64,000 bases of DNA, from positions 480,001 to 544,000 of the forward strand of contig CBDCTH010000004.1 of NCBI GenBank assembly GCA_965222155.1, read 5' to 3'. A model generated the notes under the pieces. The model worked only from the letters and a program-made list of their open reading frames with translations, was not told where the DNA came from and searched no databases. Position numbers and translations under genes: made by a program. The first letter of the stretch is position 1; each line of letters starts with the position of its first letter. The DNA comes from Gammaproteobacteria bacterium (lineage in GTDB: Bacteria > Pseudomonadota > Gammaproteobacteria > Eutrophobiales > Eutrophobiaceae). Shown piece after piece: positions 38,049-45,906 of this stretch.

Positions 38049-38993
38049 CTAGAAACTAAAAACAAACCGGAGAGTCGTTTCAGCCAGGTCAATCCTGTCC
38101 TGCATGGAGCGCATGATGGTATCAGTGACCTCCACCCTGACTCCCAGTTTTTCTATTTCTTCCGTTTCATGCTCGTCGATCCGGTCAATAATCAATCCGT
38201 CCAGGAAGTCGCGGTAATAGTCGGCGACTGACAGGTTGCTCGCCGGCATATTCAGTTCCTGCATGATCTTGGCCGCGGGGCCTCTCAGCGCGTTCCCCCC
38301 GATGATCGGGGAAACCGCGACAACAGGGGCGGCAACCGACTGCAGGATTGGGCGTATGTGTTTCAGGGACAGGATGGGGTCTATGCTGAGGAAAGGGTTC
38401 GACGGGCACAGGATGACAGCATCCAGGTCATTGGAGGTGAGCAGGCCGGCGAAATCCGGCTGGGCGCAGGCTATATCAGAACCGGCAAATTCGATTGATG
38501 CTACTTTGGGCTGACAACCCAGGCGTACGAAATAATCCTGGAAGGATAGCTTTCCCCGGTCAGTCACGATGAGCGTCCGCAACGGGTCATCGGTCATTGG
38601 AATGATCCTGTGTTTAATGCCGAATGAACGGCTGAGCGCCTGAGTAACCGCATCCAGCCCCAAACCCTGTTTCAATGCCCGGGTCCGGTATAAATGGGTA
38701 GCGAGGTCTTTGTCACCCAGGTTGAACCAAGCCGCCTGCTCAAAGCGGGAAATTGCCTCCATGAAACTCCAGGTTTCGCCGGCAAGTCCCCAGCCCCGGT
38801 CCCGGTCCGACACCTCAGCCAGCGTGTACATGACCGTATCCAGGTCAGGTGAGACATGCAGTCCCAGATGCTCGAAATCATCACCGGTATTGACGACAAT
38901 GACAAGGTCATCCGGCCCGACTACCTTGCTGAGACCGTGGGCAAGTTTCGCTCCACCCACGCCTCCGCACAGGGATAAAACGGTTTTATCCAT
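38049..38993 (-). CDS. cofD: 2-phospho-L-lactate transferase (F420 biosynthesis)
   Basis: GGVGGAK, NTGDD, PDLDTVMY, GDKDLATH, FQDYFV, PSNPFLSIDP motifs. Confidence 0.92.
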   Translation of the reverse strand: MDKTVLSLCGGVGGAKLAHGLSKVVGPDDLVIVVNTGDDFEHLGLHVSPDLDTVMYTLAEVSDRDRGWGLAGETWSFMEAISRFEQAAWFNLGDKDLATHLYRTRALKQGLGLDAVTQALSRSFGIKHRIIPMTDDPLRTLIVTDRGKLSFQDYFVRLGCQPKVASIEFAGSDIACAQPDFAGLLTSNDLDAVILCPSNPFLSIDPILSLKHIRPILQSVAAPVVAVSPIIGGNALRGPAAKIMQELNMPASNLSVADYYRDFLDGLIIDRIDEHETEEIEKLGVRVEVTDTIMRSMQDRIDLAETTLRFVFSF

Positions 38994-39061
38994 TGGAGAG
39001 ATAATCAATGTTTATCAAATAATAATAAAGATGTATTTTATACCAGCGAAATTCTCCCTGC

Positions 39062-39383
39062 CGTCATTCCGGCACCCGTTCTCGTCGTCATTCCGGCACC
39101 CGTTCTCGTCGTCATTCCGGCACCTGTTCTCGTCGTCATTCCGGCGCAGGCTGCACGCACGCCGTCATTCTGGCACCTGTTCTCGTCGTTATTCTAGCAC
39201 CCGTTCTCGTCGTCATTCCGGCGAATGCCGGAATCCAGTAAGCAACCTTCCTTATTATAATGAATAAGTTGTCTACTGGATTCCGGCATTCGCCGGAATG
39301 ACAGCAAGGTCGCCGGAATGACGGTAAGGTCGCCGGGATGACGGTAAGGTCGCCGGGATGACGGCAGGGTCGCCGGGATGACG
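39062..39383. repeat. Family A REP pair flanked by 24-bp (left) and 20-bp (right) tandem arrays of the REP outer arm
   Basis: cgtcattccggcacccgttctcgt x6; REPs at 39211 and 39276; ggtcgccggRatgacgg x4. Confidence 0.85.
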
Positions 39384-39389
39384 GTATTC

Positions 39390-40166
39390 TTACCTGAACA
39401 GGTCTTTGTCCGGCGCTCTTATCAGCGCGCTGGCGTCCTCGTCCCGGCCGCGCAGTTCAAGACCTTTGATCAGCACCGCCGGTATGCCCTGTGCCGCCTG
39501 GCCCATGACCAGGGAGGCGGCTGCGGCAATCTCATCTGCGATACCTACCTCGGTCACGCGCAACGGGTTGCCGTGCAAGTCGCGTTCACCGCGCAGGTCC
39601 AGCAGGCAGGGCAGGCCGGCGGCGCCGATGGCGATGCCGGTGACGCCGTTGCGCCAGGCGCGGCCGGCGCTGTCGTTGATGATAACACCGACGTGGGCGC
39701 CCCGACGCGTCTTGATTGCTGCGTGAATTTCAGCAGCGCTGACATTGGCGTCTTCGGGCAACAGCAATACCTTTTCCGAGCTGGTGTTTTGTGGGATATT
39801 GGAGTGGTCGATACCGGCGTTGGCATGGACGAATCCCAGTTTGTGTTCAACGATTAAAACGTCTTCCCGGTACCTGACCAGCCGTTTCGATTGAGCCAGT
39901 ATCAACTCCACCAGGCGCGGGTCTTTATTGACTTTTTGCGCCAGTTGCTCGGCCTGGTCCGATGGTGTTACCTCGGCCAGGTCCACGTAGCGGTTCTCTG
40001 CCTTCGAGATAATCTTCTGGGCGATAACCAGGATATCGCCGTCAACAAGAGGGTATTCCTGCAACCGGGCCAGCAGCAGTTGTGCCAGGTTATCGCCGGG
40101 CATGATTTCAGCAATACCGCGCACGGGCAGCAGTTGAATACCCTTGTCTGATTTGTTGCTGTTCAT
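39390..40166 (-). CDS. cofE: Coenzyme F420-0:L-glutamate ligase
   Basis: QKIISKAE, ANAGIDHSN, LLLPED, DSAGRAWR, ADEIAAAA, DLFR; the upstream ORF extension is repeat sequence. Confidence 0.92.
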   Translation of the reverse strand: MNSNKSDKGIQLLPVRGIAEIMPGDNLAQLLLARLQEYPLVDGDILVIAQKIISKAENRYVDLAEVTPSDQAEQLAQKVNKDPRLVELILAQSKRLVRYREDVLIVEHKLGFVHANAGIDHSNIPQNTSSEKVLLLPEDANVSAAEIHAAIKTRRGAHVGVIINDSAGRAWRNGVTGIAIGAAGLPCLLDLRGERDLHGNPLRVTEVGIADEIAAAASLVMGQAAQGIPAVLIKGLELRGRDEDASALIRAPDKDLFR

Positions 40167-40201
40167 AACAGTGATCCAAGTAACGTTCCGGCGTATGTTA
40201 T

Positions 40202-40431
40202 CGTCGTTCCGGCGCATGCCGAGTAGTGGCACATAGCCTGCCCCTGCATGCTGTAAGCAGGGGGATGTGCCGTCAACGGACCAAAGGACGGAGTAGTGGC
40301 ACATGGATGTGCCGTCAACGAACCAAAGGACGGAAATCCAGTAAATAATGAGTCGCCTCAGGCGACACAATAACATACTGGATACCGGGTCAAGCCCGGT
40401 ATGACGACGGGGGGTCAAGCCCGGTATGACG
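40202..40431. repeat. Family A REP pair with two tandem B inserts, the first containing a C insert
   Basis: B 40222-40291 (with C 40235-40262), B 40292-40333; right REP ends 40406; duplicated arm to 40431. Confidence 0.85.
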
Positions 40432-40506
40432 ACAAAGGCCGCCGCGCTATAATAAACGCCTTTGATGCCTCATGGATGACTTTTAGAACTATTCCGTGTA
40501 TTAATC

Positions 40507-42066
40507 ATGCAAGGGAAAATCATGTCAAACAATAATTACGATCATAAGAACCAGCGTATAAAGCGCATTGGAATTATCGGCGCCGGAGTCATGGGCCGGG
40601 GGATTGCCCAGTTGTTCCTGCAATCCGGTTACCCGGTGTGTCTTTATGACGCGGATACCGGTGCGCTCGACAGCGCCTCCGGGTTCATCGGCAAGATGGT
40701 CAAGCGCCAGGTTGACAAGGGCAGGTATACAAGCCCGGAAGCGGAAAACATACTTTCCAGCCTCACTCGGTGCTATAAAACAGAGGAATTATCCGCGTGC
40801 CACATCCTGATCGAGGCGATCGTCGAGTTGCTGGAAGTAAAAAAACAGTTATTTTCGGAACTGGAAAAAATCGTCTCCGACAGCGCCATCCTGGCAAGCA
40901 ACACGTCGTCGTTGCTGGTCTCGGATATTGCCTCGGCCTGTGCCAATCCGGGCCGCGTAGCCGGGCTGCATTTTTTTAACCCGGTACCGCTCATGAGGGT
41001 GGTGGAGGTCATACCGGCCGTGCTTACCGGACAGGCCGTCGTTGATGAACTGGTGGCATTGGTTGCCTGCACGGGCCATCGTCCCGTCGTTGCAGCAGAC
41101 CAGCCCGGTTTCCTGGTCAACCATGCGGGCCGCGGTTTTACCACGGAGGCGTTGCGCATCCTGGAAGAAGGGGTGGCAGACCCCGTTGACGTTGACCGGG
41201 TGATGCGCGAGGCGCTGGGGTTTCGGATGGGGCCGTTTGAGCTGCTGGACCTGACCGGCCTGGACGTTTCCGGGAAAGTCATGCAATCCGTTTACGATCA
41301 ATTTCAACAGGAACCCATGTACCGCCCCTCGTCACTGGTCCCGCCCAGGGCGGCGGCGGGATTATTTGGCCAGAAGACCGACAGGGGGTTTTACCGCTAC
41401 GAAAATAATAAAAAAATAGAACCCGAAACCCGGCCGGCCCCAAAAATCAGCCTGACAAAAGTGTGGCTGGCCGACACTCAAACCGACCACGGCAGGCAAC
41501 TGGCGCAGCTATTGACAGCCAATGGCGCAGTGATGGCGGACTCGGCCGCGGCTGAGGATACGATGATCGTATTGCAGTTCTGGGGCAATGACGTAAACAA
41601 CGCCTGTGCCGGGCTGAACCTGGACCCTGCCCGTAGCGTAGCCATTGATCCGTTGCCCGATTTAAACTCGAGACGCACCTTGATGCTGTCGCCGATCACC
41701 AACACCGAGGTGCGTGACAGTATGCACGGACTGTTGTCGGCCGATGGCGTTCCTGTCACGGTTATTAACGACAGCCCGGGATTTATCAGCCAGAGAATCA
41801 TGGCGATCATCGTCAATATAGCAGCGAACATCGCCCAACGTCGGATTGCCGGCGTGTCGGATATAGAAGCCGCCGTGACCCTGGGCCTGGGTTATCCTGC
41901 CGGGCCGTTATCCTGGGGAGACAGGATAGGAGGGGCGCAGATCGTCGAGATTTTAACCAATATGTTCAGCTTGACCCAGGACCCGCGTTATCGGTTAAGC
42001 CCCTGGCTGAGAAGGCGGGTACAAGCGGGAGTATCATTGTTGACCGAAGAAGTGGCAAGGGCATAA
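40507..42066 (+). CDS. 3-hydroxyacyl-CoA dehydrogenase (PaaH-type, ~510 aa)
   Basis: GAGVMGRG, SNTSS, HFFNP, PGFLVN, MGPF, GLGYPAGP motifs. Confidence 0.85.
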   Translation: MQGKIMSNNNYDHKNQRIKRIGIIGAGVMGRGIAQLFLQSGYPVCLYDADTGALDSASGFIGKMVKRQVDKGRYTSPEAENILSSLTRCYKTEELSACHILIEAIVELLEVKKQLFSELEKIVSDSAILASNTSSLLVSDIASACANPGRVAGLHFFNPVPLMRVVEVIPAVLTGQAVVDELVALVACTGHRPVVAADQPGFLVNHAGRGFTTEALRILEEGVADPVDVDRVMREALGFRMGPFELLDLTGLDVSGKVMQSVYDQFQQEPMYRPSSLVPPRAAAGLFGQKTDRGFYRYENNKKIEPETRPAPKISLTKVWLADTQTDHGRQLAQLLTANGAVMADSAAAEDTMIVLQFWGNDVNNACAGLNLDPARSVAIDPLPDLNSRRTLMLSPITNTEVRDSMHGLLSADGVPVTVINDSPGFISQRIMAIIVNIAANIAQRRIAGVSDIEAAVTLGLGYPAGPLSWGDRIGGAQIVEILTNMFSLTQDPRYRLSPWLRRRVQAGVSLLTEEVARA

Positions 42067-42073
42067 GTCATCG

Positions 42074-43498
42074 ATGAGCGATAAAATAAAAACCCGGTTC
42101 GCCCCCAGCCCCACAGGCTATCTGCACATCGGTGGGGTGCGCACGGCTTTATTCGCCTGGCTGTATGCCAGACACCATAAGGGTGAATTCCTCCTGAGAA
42201 TCGAAGATACCGACCGTGAGAGATCCGGCGCCGAGGCTGTAAACGTCATCCTGGAAGGGATGGCATGGCTGGGGCTGGACCATGACCGGGACATTGTCTA
42301 CCAGTCCGGGCGCACGGAAATTTATAATGATGCAATACACCGGTTGCTGGACCAGGGCAAGGCGTACCATTGTTTTTGCAGCAAGGAAGAGCTGGAAGCG
42401 ATGCGCAGTGAGGCCATGAGCAAGGGGGAGAAACCCAGGTATAACGGTAAATGCCGCGAGGGAGTTCACCGGGTCCCGGAAGGCGTTGCACCGGTAGTAC
42501 GGTTTAAAAATCCGCTTGACGGGGAAGTCGCCATCGACGATCTCATCCAGGGCAGGGTAGTGATCAGCAACCGGGAACTGGACGACCTCATCCTCGCCCG
42601 CGCCGATGGTTCGCCGACCTATAACCTGACCGTTGTGGTGGACGACGCCGACATGGGTATCACCCACGTCATGCGCGGGGACGACCACCTCAACAACACA
42701 CCCAGACAAATCAATATTTTCAATGCCCTGGATATGGCTGCGCCGAAGTACGCCCATATCCCCCTGATCCTGAATGCCGACGGCAAAAAGCTGTCCAAAC
42801 GTCACGACGCGGCCAGCGTGCTGGAATATAAAGACCAGGGATTTTTGCCCGATGCGTTGTTGAATTACCTGGTGCGCCTGGGCTGGTCCCATGGAGACCA
42901 GGAGATTTTTTCCGTTGCCGAGATGATTGAACTGTTCGATATAGGGCAGGTCAACAAGGCTGCCGCGGCGCTGAACCCGGACAAGCTGACCTGGTTGAAC
43001 CAGCACTACCTGCGGGAAAGCAACGCGGAGCGGATCGCCCCGTTGCTTGAAGAAAAATTAATTGAGCTTGGGGTTGACGTAAGCGGGTCGCCCGACCTGA
43101 CGGAGTTGGCCGAGGTGCAGAAGGAGCGGGTGAAGACAATAGCGGAAATGGCCGATCAGAGCCGCTTGTTTTATGAAGACTTTGAGGAATACGATGAAGC
43201 GGCCGCCAAAAAACACCTGCGACCGGTTGTGTTTGAGGCACTGTGCCAGGTCAAAGAGTCTTTGGCCGGGTTGGGGGCATGGGATAAGGAGGCGATCCAT
43301 GGCGCCATCAATGCCGTTGCGGAAGGACAGACCATGAAGTTCGGTAAAGTTGCCCAGCCCCTGAGGGTGGCGGTAACGGGGGGCGCCGTGTCGCCTTCCA
43401 TCGACGTGACCTTGCAGTTGTTGGGGCGGGATAAGGTGTTGTCCCGCCTGGCGCGGGCTCTGGAAGTGATTGAGCGCAGGATGATGCCCACAGATTGA
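42074..43498 (+). CDS. gltX: Glutamate--tRNA ligase
   Basis: RFAPSPTGYLHIGG (HIGH), KLSKR (KMSKS), anticodon-binding domain. Confidence 0.97.
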   Translation: MSDKIKTRFAPSPTGYLHIGGVRTALFAWLYARHHKGEFLLRIEDTDRERSGAEAVNVILEGMAWLGLDHDRDIVYQSGRTEIYNDAIHRLLDQGKAYHCFCSKEELEAMRSEAMSKGEKPRYNGKCREGVHRVPEGVAPVVRFKNPLDGEVAIDDLIQGRVVISNRELDDLILARADGSPTYNLTVVVDDADMGITHVMRGDDHLNNTPRQINIFNALDMAAPKYAHIPLILNADGKKLSKRHDAASVLEYKDQGFLPDALLNYLVRLGWSHGDQEIFSVAEMIELFDIGQVNKAAAALNPDKLTWLNQHYLRESNAERIAPLLEEKLIELGVDVSGSPDLTELAEVQKERVKTIAEMADQSRLFYEDFEEYDEAAAKKHLRPVVFEALCQVKESLAGLGAWDKEAIHGAINAVAEGQTMKFGKVAQPLRVAVTGGAVSPSIDVTLQLLGRDKVLSRLARALEVIERRMMPTD

Positions 43499-43553
43499 AT
43501 TCGTGTTTGCCGGTAATTTTGCCGGCTATAATATTAACTATAATATTAAAAAC

Positions 43554-43582
43554 TTGACAGTTTCCGCGCGGTAACGTACAGT
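43554..43582 (+). promoter_or_regulatory. Sigma70-like promoter for the tRNA operon
   Basis: TTGACA-17 bp-TACAGT upstream of tRNA-Ala, with AT-rich sequence upstream. Confidence 0.6.
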
Positions 43583-43621
43583 CTGCTGCCGTTTTGTGGG
43601 AACGACTGAAACAGTTTAATT

Positions 43622-43697
<76 letters not shown>

Positions 43698-43718
43698 GGA
43701 TTTTATATAACCTTATCT

Positions 43719-43794
43719 GTCCCCTTCGTCTAGAGGCCTAGGACACTGCCCTTTCACGGCGGCAACAGGGGTTCGACTCCCCTAGGGGACGCCA
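43719..43794 (+). tRNA. tRNA-Glu(TTC)
   Basis: gtcccct...aggggac-g-cca, anticodon TTC. Confidence 0.95.
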
Positions 43795-44228
43795 AAATAA
43801 TTATATAACTGATTGATATATAAAGGAAAAACAGGGATGTGATTAATCAGTTATTACTTCATTTATCTTATTTGTTAGACCCCACCATCATCAGTTTATA
43901 GGCATTTATAGCAGAACTTTCCTATATAGGAATTCTGTGCTATAAACGCCTATATGATCGATGGTCGGGTGACCGGATTATTGAAGACCCTGAATTCTCA
44001 ATGTGGGTAAGGAGGCAAATTAAGGACTAACCCTGGCATGTCGGCAATATTGCAAAAATATGTAATGTGTCCCCCTGAACTTCACTTTCAAAAATAACCA
44101 GATAGCTCGATTCATTAAGTTGTCAATACCGCTTGATGAGATCGAGCGGATTCATATATAGACTATCCTGCGCAACGAATCAGCGGGAGCGGCCAGAAGC
44201 CACCCTGGATTGGGAATTTGAATAACAC

Positions 44229-44256
44229 TTGACAGTGTACGCATATTGCGTATAAT
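44229..44256 (+). promoter_or_regulatory. TA promoter with palindromic operator
   Basis: TTGACA-16 bp-TATAAT overlapping tacgcatattgcgta. Confidence 0.7.
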
Positions 44257-44263
44257 TCACTCT

Positions 44264-44608
44264 GTGAATCTGGTATTTCTTGAAGCTCCGTTGTTTACCC
44301 GGCTGTTGCCTGATTATATGAGCGATGAAGATTATCAGAGGTTGCAGCTTGCGTTGATGGATGACCCTATGCGTGGAGAAGTTATGCCTAGTACAGGAGG
44401 GTTCCGGAAACTACGCTGGCGTGACCCCAATCGAGGCAAAGGGAGACGTGGTGGTCTAAGGATTATATATTACTATTTAATGTCCGATCATCAGGTCTGG
44501 TTTGTCACTATTTACAATAAAGATGAGATGATTGATTTATCCGCTGAAGAAAAACGCATACTGAAGCGGATGATACAGGCAGAATTGGTCGCCAGGAGAA
44601 AAACGTAA
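44264..44608 (+). CDS. RelE/HigB-like toxin
   Basis: FLEAPLFTR, TGGFRKLRW, GKGRRGGLRIIYY, IYNKDE motifs. Confidence 0.85.
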   Translation: MNLVFLEAPLFTRLLPDYMSDEDYQRLQLALMDDPMRGEVMPSTGGFRKLRWRDPNRGKGRRGGLRIIYYYLMSDHQVWFVTIYNKDEMIDLSAEEKRILKRMIQAELVARRKT

Positions 44609-44934
44609 TGAGCAACAAACGTAAACTGATTGATGAACTGATTCAAGGTGTTGATGCCATGCGCGCACATCGAGAAGGGAAAATCACGTTACGCACCCAT
44701 ACAGTACAAGATTTGCCGCCGCTGTCGATTGACGCCGACATAATCCGGGAAACCCGGGAGCAACTCAACGTGTCACGAGCGGTGTTTGCCCGCCATATTC
44801 GCGTGTCTATACGCACACTGGAAAACTGGGAGCAGGGACGAGCCAAGCCGAACACACAGGCTGCTGCGCTGATTATGCTGGTTCGTCAGTACCCCGATAC
44901 GTTGCAAAAACTCCATTCCTTGGCCCATGCCTGA
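44608..44934 (+). CDS. HigA-like XRE HTH antitoxin
   Basis: REQLNVSRAVFA, RTLENWEQGRAKP. Confidence 0.85.
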   Translation: MSNKRKLIDELIQGVDAMRAHREGKITLRTHTVQDLPPLSIDADIIRETREQLNVSRAVFARHIRVSIRTLENWEQGRAKPNTQAAALIMLVRQYPDTLQKLHSLAHA

Positions 44935-44971
44935 CAACCCAACCCACTCCGTCTCGCCCTGTGCGTCCACT

Positions 44972-45036
44972 GGGTATTGACAAGTTAACTAATAAATCAA
45001 GGATTTCTTGATTTTTCCGTTAACTTGTCAATACCC
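44972..45036. repeat. Miniature inverted-repeat element with 18-bp arms
   Basis: gggtattgacaagttaac / gttaacttgtcaataccc; related arm at 44115-44130. Confidence 0.7.
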
Positions 45037-45133
45037 TAAATTGAGTTGTTTCAGTTATTACTTGCTGAGTAATACCAGCTGAAACACGCTGAAACGTCAA
45101 GAAATTAGATATCGGATAAGATATTGAATAATA

Positions 45134-45748
45134 TCAGTTTTTGGAACTTCCTGAAATCCCCTGAAACGGCCCATTCACGTTCCTAGGGGACGCCAGAAAT
45201 GCCGGCTTGCTCACTTTCAAAAGGTCGCGGATGAAGTGTGAGTAAGCCCCCGGGCCGAGCGGCGCATCCATCCCGAAGATCTCGACAGACGGGCCTGCTG
45301 TCCGCTCACCAGTATTTTTCGACCCGGTCATTCTCCAGGTCAAGCCCCCTTCCCAGCGGTAGGGTTCGGTGAGCGTAACCTCAAGAACCACGTCCCACGC
45401 CCGCCTGGGGAGAGTGTCTGACGGCATATTGCGCCGGACCATGCGATCCGGCGCACGCTTGCCCAACTCAGCCATCAGTGTTTCACAGAGCGTAGCGACA
45501 ACGGTCGCATCGGTCTTCGTCCCGCCATGACAAGAAAGCAGGAGCGGTGCCGGGTCCGCCCAGGCCCCGGATGCGGCTGCCCCGGCGATAAGAAGCGCAA
45601 CCAGATATTTGCAATACATGGAAGTCAACCGATCAGAAGATGAAGTCCCCGGATCCGGTTTTCCCTCGAATACATCACCGACTGACAGATTGTATTGAGT
45701 TTCAGCGGTTTTCTGCGCGTCACCTTTGTTTTCTCTGATGGTCCTCAT
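45134..45748 (-). CDS. Hypothetical exported protein; start probably near MYCKY
   Basis: Signal-peptide-like LVALLIAGAAASGAWA; no family recognised. Confidence 0.45.
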   Translation of the reverse strand: MRTIRENKGDAQKTAETQYNLSVGDVFEGKPDPGTSSSDRLTSMYCKYLVALLIAGAAASGAWADPAPLLLSCHGGTKTDATVVATLCETLMAELGKRAPDRMVRRNMPSDTLPRRAWDVVLEVTLTEPYRWEGGLTWRMTGSKNTGERTAGPSVEIFGMDAPLGPGAYSHFIRDLLKVSKPAFLASPRNVNGPFQGISGSSKN

Positions 45749-45906
45749 GTGATTGTTATCTCCTTCAGGTATACTATAAAAATAGCATATATATGCACGC
45801 TGTATCCTGCTAACCTTACTGCAGGGACTTCCATGACGGGCTTAGTGTTTTCCTGTAGTATATTCTGTTACCTTTCGATCATTTCATTTTGTTTATTTAA
45901 GTCAGT

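Larger units (their letters stand above)
43781..45195. mobile_element. 1.4-kb tRNA-Glu-anchored islet bounded by a 14-bp direct repeat
   Basis: cctaggggacgcca at 43781-43794 and 45182-45195; AT-rich interior with a TA pair. Confidence 0.65.

Noticed and set aside
37603-38062. Diversity-generating retroelement
   Set aside because: Only an Avd-like fold is present; no reverse transcriptase or TR/VR pair seen
39062-39383. Possible CRISPR array
   Set aside because: The inter-repeat bases are short and repeated rather than unique spacers
40167-40418. 84-aa N-terminal extension of CofE
   Set aside because: Mostly nested repeat sequence; the CofE-like region begins near the ATG at 40166
43874-43970. 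Integron attC site
   Set aside because: GTTAGAC is on the wrong side of the palindrome, no matching RYYYAAC box, and no integron integrase
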